Both the position numbers and the translations under genes were made by a program. The notes below the pieces were generated by a model. The model ran no database searches. It saw nothing but the letters and a program-made list of their open reading frames with translations, and was not told the origin of the DNA. 64,000 bases of DNA, taken from Alloascoidea hylecoeti. Its lineage: Eukaryota. Positions 34,782-47,089 of the stretch are shown here, one piece after another (within the stretch, counting starts at the first letter, position 1; each line of letters opens with the position of its first letter). The stretch is taken from NCBI GenBank assembly GCA_001600815.1, contig BCKZ01000012.1, forward strand, positions 248,001 through 312,000, read 5' to 3'.

Positions 34782-37700
34782 TGTTATAGTTATATATTAT
34801 GCTTCTATTTCATAAGTAAAAGAAAATAAAATAAAATATGAGTTAGCCAAATAATATTTATGTTTTGTGTTTATGATATCGATAGACAACGACTAGATAA
34901 AGAAGGAGAAAAGCATCGACAAAAAGCAAAATATAAAGCAAATTTAAAAAGAATTTAAAGTTAAAACCATGGAGGGATGTGACAAACTGAAGGCGAGAAG
35001 GAACTAAAAATTCAACTAAATACAACTTCAACTGACAATCAATTGGGAAACAGATCTACTATGGTTTTCAAGGAAAAGAGTATAACTATGTAGAAATAGA
35101 TACGTATACTAATTAACAAGAAATAACAATTGCAAAAACAAGCGTATATGCTTATAATGACTTCTATCTCTTCATTGTCGGGTAATTATACGCATCTCCT
35201 CTTCTTCGACACATAAATCTTAACTTTAAGTCCTTTTTTTGGTGAAGAGAAAGCAAACAACTTTCCAAATACCGTTTTAAAGGTATCTCTCAATTTTAAC
35301 ATTGATTGAAAGCAATTATTACTTTGTTAGGTTGGCAACGGGAATTATAAATTGTAAACATTATGTCGTCATGCCAAGTTTAAGACTAGCGTGAATTTGG
35401 AGTTCCGTACAGAAATAAAAACATTCACCAATTGAGATTAAACGAAATTCGTAAACTTTTACAAAACATATTAGCACTATAATTCGTTAATCGCTTAACA
35501 TACATTGTAGCTACAATTTACACAATATTATATCGCAATTGTTGTTCCCTTCAATAAACCTCGAATCTTTAGATTTACTGGTTACTTACCTCTAACTGCA
35601 GATGGAAAGAGTATTTAAAAAGAATAGTAATCGAGTGTTTTTTTGGGGGGTTTAAAATTAGGTGGCTCGATTCCTGTCATAAACCATACGCAATATTACA
35701 CATCGTAGAGGTAACAATCCAGATATAAGGCTTATCCTATACCAAACCCCTATCTTATAAAATCGTACCATATCAATTCCAGCCGCCGTGAATGTCTCGT
35801 TGGATCAATCATTAAATGATGGTGATCGTGATGCTCTTGAAATTGAATCTAATCTATTGGATAGGATTATTGTTTCCTCCAAGCTACACCAAAAGTTAAG
35901 GGATTTATAACAACGTATAATAAACCTTTCAGCAGGGGCTCGTTAAGGATTTAAAGTTATGTCGCAAAACAATTCACTGAATGTATACAGCAGAGCAACT
36001 CTAGAGATATGCATAATCAAACATTGCAATTGAGTGTTTATATACCGTGTATATGCTCATCTCCGCCAGTAGACGCGATAGCGATCAATTCATTTGAGCG
36101 ATGCCTTTCATGATGGTGTATATTATTTTGCAATGGCACCATTTAAGCTAATATTTATGAAATCGATGTGTTTGAATAGTGTTACAAAGCAATCGTAAAT
36201 GGACTCGGCCGAAAGTAACCCACAAATGAACTTGATCATATGGTACACTCTTAGGGTACTATAGTACTTTTATGATTTTCATTGATCGTGTGAATTTATA
36301 GTCATTCCACTTAAATTAGGCCACCGTTGAAACAAATATTCGACCACCCCTTCCTTACTTTTTCTATATTGTTACATTATCAGTTAATATGATATGCCAC
36401 TGTATGGCAAAGAGAGAAGAGGAATTATAGAAATGGGGTAAGCGATTCAAGCTTGAAGTATAAAAATATTTAATCAACGATGAGGGTAGCCGATAATTAT
36501 TCATCAAACATGGCCGAACATTAGTGCATTACTTGATAAATAAAACGAGATACAACAGATAGATATATATCAAGAAAAAAAAACTCTAACAAGAATGCCT
36601 CTATAGTTGACCTATAGAGTCTATAGTCGACGTCAAAATACAATCAATAACTCAACCAAAAATGAAAAACTTTCTCAAACGTGTCGACTTTCACGACTAG
36701 TTCTCGGCTCAAACGGTAACTTGTTAAGATTACATAATCCACATGTTCATGAAGACCAAAGCTTGACGATCTGATTTCTTTTGTGAAATATGATTTACTT
36801 GTAAAAAACATAAACTACTAGATGTTATAAGCTACTACATGTATGTATTCTGTAAGTTTCGAAGATTTCTCTCTGGTTTGCATGTCCAATACCACATTTA
36901 GTGGCCGGAATAACGATTGTTATAAAGATGAAGCATGGAAGGTTTAACTAATCTGTTCTTATTTGATGAGTACTAGTTAAATATTTGATCCTATAAGTTA
37001 TATTATATCACTGACAATTGATCGTCATTTAGAAATTGTATCTCCTTTCAAACCAATTTCAAAGAGTACTAATTGTATATATTCTTTCAGTTATTTCCAA
37101 TGCGGTCATGAACTTCACAATATCTCAGGGGATGAACCCCTACCAAATTCGTACACAATTATAAATAAGCTATGATATTTTTGCAATAATAAGAAGTTCA
37201 AGTGGACAATTATTTTAATATTTAATTTTGATCTAATTCAGAATTTAAATGGAGTATCAGAGCTCTGAGCTTATAGCTAAATATTCAAGCCTAGTTAAAT
37301 GGCTATTGTTTAAGAAAATATCACTTTGATCACAAGTATCGAGCTTTAAAGTCTTATATCTATTCTTTCGTAGTTCTAATTATATAACAGTTGTACTCGT
37401 GTTTGCAACGGTTATTATAAACAACTAGTGCTCATCTCATATAAGTTATAACTAACGCTATTAAGTTTGCAATTTTTTTTAAACTAAGTGACGGCTAGAA
37501 TTACAAATTTTAGCTATAAGCTTAAATCTTGTGTTTCAAATTTCAAATATAAAACAAAGAATAACAAACAAGCTTCTAATATAACTTCTATTATTAGTTT
37601 TTGAATTGAAGTTTATAGTAGAGATCTATTCTAAGATAATTATTACTAAACACTGTAAGCAGTTCCCAATTATAATTTTTAATACTCTATAAGGTACTTG

Positions 37701-38528
37701 AAACCTTCATAAAAATAATTAATAGTAATGTGTTAGTTTTAAAGTTAGCGATTGTAAAACTATATAATTATAAAACTATATAAATCCAAGTATAATCAAC
37801 CAGAAGAAGATACAAAAAACAAGAAAAACAAACAAAAAAGAAAATGAAATGATAAAACAACATCTATAACTTTTAACGAGAGGTAATAATATATGTAAAT
37901 TTGAAAGCATTAGAGAATCAAAAACAATAAACCAAATTTAAGATCTGGAAGATAAATGAAAAATAGTATATAAATAAATAACAGTAAAATGGAGTAATAC
38001 AAGTGAAGTGAAATGAAGTGAAATAAAATGAACCGATAATATATGGATTGTCAATTGAATGAGTATCAATATTAATGTGATGCGATGTGTATTGATGATG
38101 ATTACAACAAATTTGTAATTAATTGATATTTTTATTTTTTGTTGAAATTGAATTGGATTATGATGTAATGTAAATCCAAAGATGTAATTAATATAAGGAT
38201 ATAATTGGAATAAAATAATGCATGATCATGATATTCTGCTGAAATGTGTCAAGTTGATTGGATTTGGACTTTTGATTCATAATAATCAATTGTGTGTATA
38301 TTGTAAATATCTGTCAATGTGCCAAACTCTAAATTGAAACTACAACCAAATTCAACAACTGATGGTATCAAAGTAGATGCATGGATTTATGAATTGATTC
38401 AATAATTGATTAGATGTTGGTGGTAAAACTAATCTACATTAGCATTAACCATTTCAATCTATTTTTAGCATAATAATTGTTTATCAATTTGTTTCAATTT
38501 CGGATCAATTTTTAATTCAATTTTTGAT

Positions 38529-39881
38529 TCAATTTTGCGCTACAGAACTAGCAATACCAAATAATCCAGAATTTGAATGTTTCCAACTGTTTTCATTAAT
38601 ATTAGGTGAAGAAACTTTTGAATCAATTTCTTTAACTTGAGAATTTTCAATATTTTCTTTATCAATGTTATTTGACATAGAATTACGATCTCTATTAACG
38701 GGGGTAAAATAATCACTTCTTACAGGAGGAAGTAAAACATCTTTCTTCTGTGTTTGATTTTTACTTTCATTTGAAATATCAAGAGAGATTATTGGAGAAG
38801 TATTTGGAGAGATTCGAGATGAAGATAAGCTCGGCGTAAGACCAGAAGATTCTTGAGATGTAGTTTGAGTTGATGACAAGTTTTGATTTGGGGAGATCGG
38901 TGGTAAAGTAGTTGAAATAGAAGTTACAGGTGGATTTGTAGTTGGAGTTATAGAAGCAGTTGTTGGAACAGTGTTTGTAGAAGTTGTTGGATGGTAAGTT
39001 AATGGAGCCAATTTATAACCAGAGGAGTTTGAGTTTGAGTTTGAGTTTGAGTTTGAGTTTGCAGGAGATGAGATTGACACAGCAGGTAAAGTTGTGGGAG
39101 GCAAACCTAATATTTGAGAAACGGTTGGAGCAGAATTTGGAACCGGTAGCGTTTCCGGGTTGGGGGAGGTTCGGGCTCTCTTTGGGGTTCTACTAGCATC
39201 CGGGATCAAAGAAGACATATCTCCATCCAAAGAAGCGTTCTGCTCATCTTCTTGCTTCTTTCTAACCAACGCTTTAACCTCTTCGGCAGATAAGGTTTGG
39301 TAGGAGCATTTTAGCTTCGAACGGGTGCAGTTTTTGCAGATTGGTAGAGACTCATCGCATTTAATTCTTCTCTGTTTGCACTGTTTACAGCCTAGATGGG
39401 AGTTCTTGTGTCTGCGCCTCGTATAGGAGCGTCTTGAGGGGGCCTGTAGCTGGGGCTGTGCCATGTTGATACCCTGGAGGCCGTGGATGGGGAGAACACC
39501 GGATACCTGGCCCATCTGGCCCATCTGGCCCATCTGGCCCATCTGGGCCATAGACATGCCCATTGATATGGGAATCGGCTGGACAGGCATCTGGAGGTAG
39601 TGGGGGAACTGCTGCTGAGTTTGGGGGACTATGGGCATGAAAGGCAGCTGGTTCAGTTGCAACTGAACAGGCATTTGCATCTGTATGTGGTAGGGGGAGT
39701 AGAAGTTGGCCATCTGGGCCATCTGGGCCTGGTACTGGAACGGGAGCACGCCGGCGGAGACGGGCACCGACATTGCTGGGGCCAGCTGTGCGGAGGGGGG
39801 CTGGGGCTGCGCCGGAGAGGCCGACGGCTGCTGTGCGGAGGGGGCGGCCGAGGGTTGCACGTGGGGGGGCGAGGGTGTCAT
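38529..39881 (-). CDS. Zn(II)2Cys6 transcription factor (Upc2-like cluster), Q/M/P-rich N-terminus
   Basis: RRRHKNSHLGCKQCKQRRIKCDESLPICKNCTRSKLKCSY. Confidence 0.88.
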   Translation of the reverse strand: MTPSPPHVQPSAAPSAQQPSASPAQPQPPSAQLAPAMSVPVSAGVLPFQYQAQMAQMANFYSPYHIQMQMPVQLQLNQLPFMPIVPQTQQQFPHYLQMPVQPIPISMGMSMAQMGQMGQMGQMGQVSGVLPIHGLQGINMAQPQLQAPSRRSYTRRRHKNSHLGCKQCKQRRIKCDESLPICKNCTRSKLKCSYQTLSAEEVKALVRKKQEDEQNASLDGDMSSLIPDASRTPKRARTSPNPETLPVPNSAPTVSQILGLPPTTLPAVSISSPANSNSNSNSNSNSSGYKLAPLTYHPTTSTNTVPTTASITPTTNPPVTSISTTLPPISPNQNLSSTQTTSQESSGLTPSLSSSRISPNTSPIISLDISNESKNQTQKKDVLLPPVRSDYFTPVNRDRNSMSNNIDKENIENSQVKEIDSKVSSPNINENSWKHSNSGLFGIASSVAQN

Positions 39882-40082
39882 GGTAGTGTAGGCTGGAAAT
39901 AAGGTTTGGGAGTAAAGTTAGAGTGAAAACAGCCGGCAGCGCAGTATTTAACAGGAGAAGAAAGGCTCAGCAGCATTAGGTTTTTACGAGCCGGCTGATA
40001 AACGGAATACGACACACGACGCAGATCCTTTTATTTTTACGAGGCTTCAGAATATCCATAATTATTTTCGTATGCATCTAAT

Positions 40083-41225
40083 TTAATTATATTTGTCCTT
40101 CCAGATCCAAGAAAACCCGACTTCTGTTAAGCTGTCCTTCTGCGCCGCCCTGCGCAGATACTGTGCAGCCACCCGCTTTCGCACCCGGTGCCGCCTGCCA
40201 AACGACCGGTCCGCCAGTCCCAGGTAGATGTGCCCGGCCTCCCGCATCGCGTCCGCGTCCCCCAAGTGCGCCCCTACCTCGAACAGTCGCTGAGCCATCC
40301 GGGGCTCCTTAGCCACGCCCCACCCCTGCTGGAAGCTGTTGCCCAACTCGTACAGCGCCAGGGCACACTCGCCCTCCAGGTACCTCTGTCCCGCCGCCGA
40401 CACCCCAGCCGCGTGCGCCAGCAACTCAGCTCCCCTCAGTGGATTCGCTCGAACCCCCCATCCGTGCCTCAGACACAATCCGTACAGCACAAGCGACAGT
40501 GGGTGGTTCTGTTTGGCAATATACTCCAGCTTCACTGCTGCCGAATCGTACTTCCCATGCTCATACAGCTCAATCGCTCCTTGTAACATCTCTTCCTCCA
40601 CCTTACTAATTCCTTTATACTCTCCAAACTCCCATTCTTCTTCCTCTTCCTCATCTTCATCGTCATCCTCTCCTTCGTTAACTACTACCATTTTGGATCT
40701 CACCTTAGGTCTGCTCTTCATATGATTGATGGCCCCGTGGCACATTGTAATTGTTTCTCTTGCCTTCTCCGCCCAGAACTCGGGATCTTCGTTATCCATT
40801 TCATCCATCAATGAATCCTCTGGACCTGGACTCACCTGTTCGTCCATTGTTGCCCATTTATTAGGTCCTGGACTTGGGCTCCTTGGACTAGTTGGTCCTT
40901 TTTTCTTGGGTTTTGTAATTGGTGTTAAATTAGCTTGTCGAGTTTTATAATGTAAAGATGATAGTCGAGATCGCCATGTACTAGGGCTCCGAAATAAGCC
41001 ATGTGTTAATCCAAGGCTATTACTACTACTATTATTATTATGATTTTGTTTGGGACTAACTTGATTCGTATTGGTATTGATAAATGCATTAGCTGTAGGC
41101 GTCTTGGGCTCCACTGATAAAAACCCAGGGTTATCGTTTACTTGTCTTTCATTATCATAAATAGATGTAGTATCTATACTAATATGGGGTTTTTGGAGCT
41201 CTTCCATTGATTGTGTATGACTCAT
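40083..41225 (-). CDS. Sel1-like repeat protein (Dsf2/Nif1-like)
   Basis: AIELYEHG, LVLYGLCLRHGWG, LALYELGNSFQQGWGV, GD.DAM, G.SWIWKDKY. Confidence 0.82.
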   Translation of the reverse strand: MSHTQSMEELQKPHISIDTTSIYDNERQVNDNPGFLSVEPKTPTANAFINTNTNQVSPKQNHNNNSSSNSLGLTHGLFRSPSTWRSRLSSLHYKTRQANLTPITKPKKKGPTSPRSPSPGPNKWATMDEQVSPGPEDSLMDEMDNEDPEFWAEKARETITMCHGAINHMKSRPKVRSKMVVVNEGEDDDEDEEEEEEWEFGEYKGISKVEEEMLQGAIELYEHGKYDSAAVKLEYIAKQNHPLSLVLYGLCLRHGWGVRANPLRGAELLAHAAGVSAAGQRYLEGECALALYELGNSFQQGWGVAKEPRMAQRLFEVGAHLGDADAMREAGHIYLGLADRSFGRRHRVRKRVAAQYLRRAAQKDSLTEVGFSWIWKDKYN

Positions 41226-43669
41226 ATACCTTGGTTATTCCGTAAGATTTCTAGTTAGATCTTTGTTTTATTCCCCCTAACCTTAAACTTCTGGGTGTCT
41301 GGTTGTTAGAGCTGTAATTAGAACTTTAAAGATCTGAAAATCCGTAATTAGAAAGTTTATTGTTATCAATATTGATATTAAAACAAATTGGGTATAATGA
41401 ATAAAAAGCAAGAAGGTTACTGAAATAAAAAAAAAAAAAAGATTTATATTATTTTATTCCATTCTCGTTCTTTGCTAAAGATCTTTTTTTAGCCTCTTTT
41501 CTTTTCATTGCCCCATCTTCAAAATTTAAGAGGCTTTTAACACTTAAGCTTAATATAGACATTCCATTCCGTTTTAATTATGTTTACTTCACTTCGATAA
41601 AAATAGATACACATATATATGCTGATATTCTCTAGTATATATATATTATACCTGCTACTTAAATGAAATGGTTCAAATTCTTGGATAAATATATAGCGGA
41701 TTTAAAGATAATAAATAGTACTCCTAATTTGCAGAGAGCTTAATTGACAAAAAACGTTCAGCTCTGATTATATAAANCTATTCTAATTAATATGAACTTA
41801 TTGGCTTAGAAATTTAACAATAACAGTAGTAAAGTTTATAAATACCAAAAGGGGGCGATCGGAAAGGACCTGTCCTGTCTCGGGGTATATACCTTTATCA
41901 ATTACTAAGCTGACAGTTTTACATAAAAAATATTATCGTATTTTCATTACGGATATATACGCATACATCAAGCTATACGTAAAATGAAAATTTCCTGTTT
42001 CATTTCATTAATTTAATTTAGCGGAAATACTTCCCTAATTAAAGCTCTTTCCGTATAATTAAATGTATATTATAGGCTAGGGAAATATAAATATAAACGT
42101 ATAATATTGATATATTAGATAAGATAAGAATAAAATTATATAGTACCCTAAATAACATAAATTAGACGGAAATATGGAAACTCCAAAAACAACCAACCAA
42201 ACAAACAAACAAACAAATGATCAAAAAAAAAAAAAACGAAACTTGATGATCAGAGGCCTAGGGCTAAAATTCTACAAGCGGACTTTAAATTTAGATGTTT
42301 CCAAAAGATTCTCATATTTTATTTTACAATTAAATTTAAACAGCTCTAAAAGTGTCATACATATGGAAGGATTAACGTACATCTGTCTCATGTGTCTCAT
42401 GGAAAAGTTTTTGTAATTGAAATTATCGGATTTGGCAGAGACATTGACATTATTAATTGTACCTTTTGTTAGCATATTATCATTATTAGTTCCGAATCCG
42501 AGTAGTTATTACAATGACAATATATACGAGTAAGTAAGTTTACTAATACTGAGAAACCCTTAGATATGTNGGTCCATCGGGGTCTATCCTAAAGGATTCC
42601 ACNCTAAACTTATATTATGGGGTTACAATTACAATTTGTTCGGTTNATTATATGCAGGTCTAGACCTCATCCNAACATAATGTTTACAAGTTACAAATTA
42701 CAATCGCGAGAGAAAGACCCTGACGAGCCAAGCCACTTAGTAATTATCAGCTATATATCANTTTGATTTGAAGTATTGCATCTCGCATCTACTTCGTGAT
42801 TANTTTCATTTTTAAGCTACCATATTCAGGTAATTATTTTCGATTGTTTAGCTAAAATAGGTTTTATCAGTTGAGTCTAGACGTTGTCATTTTGATTTTT
42901 TTAATTCATAACTGCAGTTAATATGTAACGCTGATCATGACACTTGATACCTCTAAACACTCTTCTTGTTGTTATTATAATATTCTATTATATATATTTA
43001 CGACTTTCATTATGTAATTATGACAACAAACGAGCCAAGCCATTATATTGAAATTGAATGATAANACTAATAATTCGTTACCATTATGAATCTGAATCAG
43101 AAATGGCTGCATATATGTAGGAACATTATTAACACACATTTAAATTTGAAGTATGCAAAGTGAAGTTAACATTTTATAACAATATCGAACCANCGATTAT
43201 GAAAAAACCGCCCTGATACACCGGGATTCAGGTTTAAATTCAAAGCCTCACAATCCGCAAAGCCTCGCAAAATTTTATAGTCTTATACGTATTACGTGCG
43301 CGCGTAATCACGAGGGTTGATATAATTTCTTAATCTGACACTTTTATTCATAATTAATTAATTAATTGCTGTATTAATTTCTCTAATTGTATAATATTAT
43401 GTAGTTATCACCTCATCATAACTAGTTCCGTGAAGTTATCGATTATACTCCAAAACAAAATTGCTGAGATNAAAATATATATAATTAATGTATAAATCTG
43501 CATTTAGAATTGAAATAAGAATGGCTCGTGTTTTTTATTTGCACTTTCTGTTGTTTAATTAATTAATTATCTGTTAATTTAAACTTAAACTCATTTACAC
43601 CTGCATATTTATACCCCTAAACTTGATAATTATTAATAATAAGTGATTATAAATTATACCGTTAAATGT

Positions 43670-44315
43670 TTTTCAAAAAGAGTACTCGGAAAATTCAGCG
43701 TAATTTCTGAAATACCCACCCCCACCTGCTCACCACTAATTTCGGTTTGGCTACCGACAAAGCCTAAACCTAGAGCTATTCAAAATCCATCTTCCTAATC
43801 CGAAAAGTTCTCCTAACGAATGTTTATTACCCACAGCAAACACAATTACAAATTTTAAGAAATGATTATATGCATATGCATGCTTATTTATAACGTAAAT
43901 AACTTTCCAAATTTGACAAACTAGGATTAANATTGATTTAAATTTCAATTGAATAAAAGGCAAGCTTGCAATTGGAGCTCATAATCCAAGGGGTTGAGCA
44001 GGTTGGATTTAGCATAGTCGGCGGTTTGATTCTCATTCGTGTTCTAGTTTTCTTGACCTTAAGGGGTCCACAACANGTCTTACACGCCGATATCGTCCCC
44101 TCGGTCCTTCACCGTGGTGCCAAGTCCCCCACAACCATCCCAAACTAGAAGATATAAGCCTCTATCTATCCGTGCATCGGTAATTCCACCCAAAACAAAA
44201 CACCGAACACCCACCAATCACCAACAGATTTAGCTTTAATATGGATACAACCCATTAACCCGATCAGGAATAACAAAAAAACAAAAAAGGCGTATACGAA
44301 GCGTATATGCACTCA
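43670..44315 (-). ncRNA. Candidate structured ncRNA (~640 nt), possibly telomerase RNA
   Basis: GC-elevated island with no credible ORF, nested long-range stems with G-U pairs only on the minus strand, and a U-rich Sm-like CUUUUUG at the 3' end. Confidence 0.5.
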
Positions 44316-44607
44316 GATCAATATTAATTCTTCTTTAAATTTACTGTTAATTATAATGATCATGATATTAATAGAATCATCACATCTGCATGGGTCTAGC
44401 TTATAATTAAATATGAGGTTTAGAATATTAATCCTTAAAAGTTATAATTNACATATGACAACAAGGGTTACAATAAGACACCTCTTTTTGGGATATATGT
44501 TAGGTTAGGTCGGCTTGTTGTTAATACGTAATTATGAGTTGTGAACTTGTGCTTATAGTTTGGTACATCATCAATATTAATGATGAGTCGTTGGTGATAT
44601 TCTAGAT

Positions 44608-46923
44608 CTAACATCTTTCAAAAATTTTATACAGACCAGGAAGATTAGCTACTTCTATCACAGCATCTGCTACTTCTTGTGTTGCTAAAAATTGCTTTTT
44701 GATACTAGGGAAGATAACATTTTCTAATTCATTTGAGATCGTAACTGTTTCATCTTTATCTTGTTCCGATGATTCCTTAACCTCAACATTAATTGGAACA
44801 TGTAATATTGCCAATTGTTCCAACATTCCTCTTAGACATTCCATTTCTGATTCCCAATCAATTTTTGTCCCTAAATTGAAAAAGAAAAGTGGTAATTTAC
44901 ATAAAGGTGGGATGTAATTTTTTAGCATTATTGGTAGTGTTTCNAATTCACCTGCATCTGATATAGAAATTGAAAAATATTCATTTAGCATTTCCTTCAT
45001 GTTAATTATTGTTTCTAAGCTTTTGTTAACATCAACCTTTGGATCTTCATGTTCTTCATATACAACATCNAATAATTCTTTGATTGGAATAGACTCTTCT
45101 AATCTTATCACTCCAAAATTACTAAATTCAGATAATCCTAATTGATAGAAAAATCTATAACAAATTTCACCATAATCAATAAGAAATAATTTTACATCAT
45201 ATTGAATTGCTGCCAATCTTTTATTAAAATCAACAACTCCAATGAAAACATGTTTGGCAAAAATTTCAGTTAATGAACTATGAATATTGGATTCAAGTAA
45301 TTGACGAAGTTCTTTAATACTTCTCAGTCGAACTTTTGTGAATGGTTTAGAAGTTTTAATATAATGTATCTTAGAATCATCATCTGCTAAATCATTAGTA
45401 GATTCTTCTTCAATATTATCATCATTTTCGATTGAATCCACCTCCTGTGGCTCTTCAGTCAAGTCTTGCGAAGCAATAAATTTACGGGAGTTAAATTGAT
45501 GCTGCGATTGTGACNGTGAATTGGGGTTCAACATAGATGTTAGCCGCGATTGTGAAGAATCAACTCTTACCATTTTATAAGCCAATCTTTTCTTTTTAGC
45601 ACTACCGATATCTTGTGTAGGTTTATCATTATTCTCTTCATCTCTCGTACCATCTGTTCTTTTCATACCAGCTAATACAGTTTGTACTTTAAAAGTCCNG
45701 CTCATATCAGATTTAGACAATTCTGCTTGAACTCCTTCACAGATCGTCTCAATAATCTCTTCCTCATAAAGAAATCGAACCTCCCTTTTTGTTGGATGGA
45801 TATTAACATCTAAATTTCCAGGTATAATATCAAGATTCAAATAGATAAAGCAATGATTTCCTTTCGGTAAATATGTAGAATATAAATGAACCAATGCCTT
45901 TTTTAAAGGATCACATGCTACTAATCGATTATTTATGAAAAACACTGGTTGAATAGACTTCTTTGAAGAGTAATTAACATTTGAAACGTATCCTTTAGTT
46001 CCCATCAATCCAATTGATTCTTTACTAGGAATATCAATTGATATCAATGAGCTGGAAACAGTTGTTCCAAAAATACATCTTATTCTCTCCACTGTATCTA
46101 ACTCTTTCCTTATTGATAACGAAGGACTAGACTCTCCAAATTTCTTGCATGAAAAACTAACATTTTTTGTATGAATTCCATAACGTCCTAAAAGATCCAG
46201 AATTTTAGTAAACTCGTCATTACCTGATCTGAATGTTCGTAATCGAGAAGGTGTATTATAGAATAAATCTTCAACTGTTATTTGTGTTCCATTTTTACCT
46301 GCAATCGGTTTAGGTTCACTTGATGGGCCTCCATCCAAAGGAACCATTTTACTATCTAAATACTGACATCTATATATTTAAATGTTAAATTGGGGGAAGT
46401 GATAACTAGTTTTGGTAATAACTTACCTCCAGGCACAAGCCGAATCTTTGGTTTTAGTTGTAACGGTTAAATGAGCGATGTGAGAAATACTTGCTAATGC
46501 TTCTCCTCTAAAGCCATATGTTGCAATCGAATTCAGGTCTTCAAATTCAACAAGTTTAGAAGTTGTGAATCTCTCACACAGTATCGGTAAGTCTTGTTTC
46601 TATATAGATCAGTTAGTATATTGTTATATCTTTGAGATGTATTCATATTTTGCTTACATTGATTCCGGATCCATTATCACTTATTTGTAATAGTTTTAAC
46701 CCACCATCTTTCACGATTACATCAATGCTTGTAGATTTGGCATCTATGGAGTTTTCAAGCATTTCTTTCAATGCATTCGCAGGTGCAATAATGATTTCTC
46801 CAGCAGCTATACGATTAACAACCGAAATATCTAATGCCTATAGTTAAGAAAGTATTAGTCATAGAATTAAAAACGCGTGGTTTTATTTCATTTGCTTACT
46901 TTTATCTGGTTTGGGCTGTTCAT
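44608..46923 (-). CDS. MLH1: Mismatch repair protein Mlh1. Exons 46923-46900, 46837-46658, 46599-46427, 46369-44608
   Basis: Splicing restores [37 protein letters not shown]. Also [11 protein letters not shown] and C-terminal LYKIFERC (713 codons). Confidence 0.97.
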
Positions 46924-47004
46924 TTTAAATAGAGTGCTGTGTATAAGTTGTATTTGAAATAATTAAGGACTGTCGTCGTGTTATTTTTTTTTTTTTTTTT
47001 TTAA

Positions 47005-47014
47005 TTTTCGCGTC
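47005..47014. promoter_or_regulatory. MCB/SCB-like element (ACGCGAAAA on minus) next to a poly(dT) tract in the MLH1/NSE4 divergent promoter
   Basis: Motif visible; a perfect ACGCGT also lies in MLH1 intron 1 (46873-46878). Confidence 0.5.
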
Positions 47015-47089
47015 ACTTTCTACTAATAATATTGCTTAACTCAAATTTACCTTTGATATTATTCATTTTACATTATTCAGATCAACAAC

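Noticed and set aside
39600..40950. Plus-strand ORFs opposite the Zn2Cys6 and Sel1 genes
   Set aside because: Antisense shadows in a GC-rich block.
43795..43985. RNase MRP/P reading on the + strand (GAAAAGTTCTCC ... TTGGAGCTCA)
   Set aside because: P4 pairing imperfect, other conserved regions absent, and G-U bias favours the minus strand.
43751..44148. ORFs 43751-43963(-) and 43966-44148(+)
   Set aside because: TTG starts, no homology; they overlap the structured-RNA candidate.
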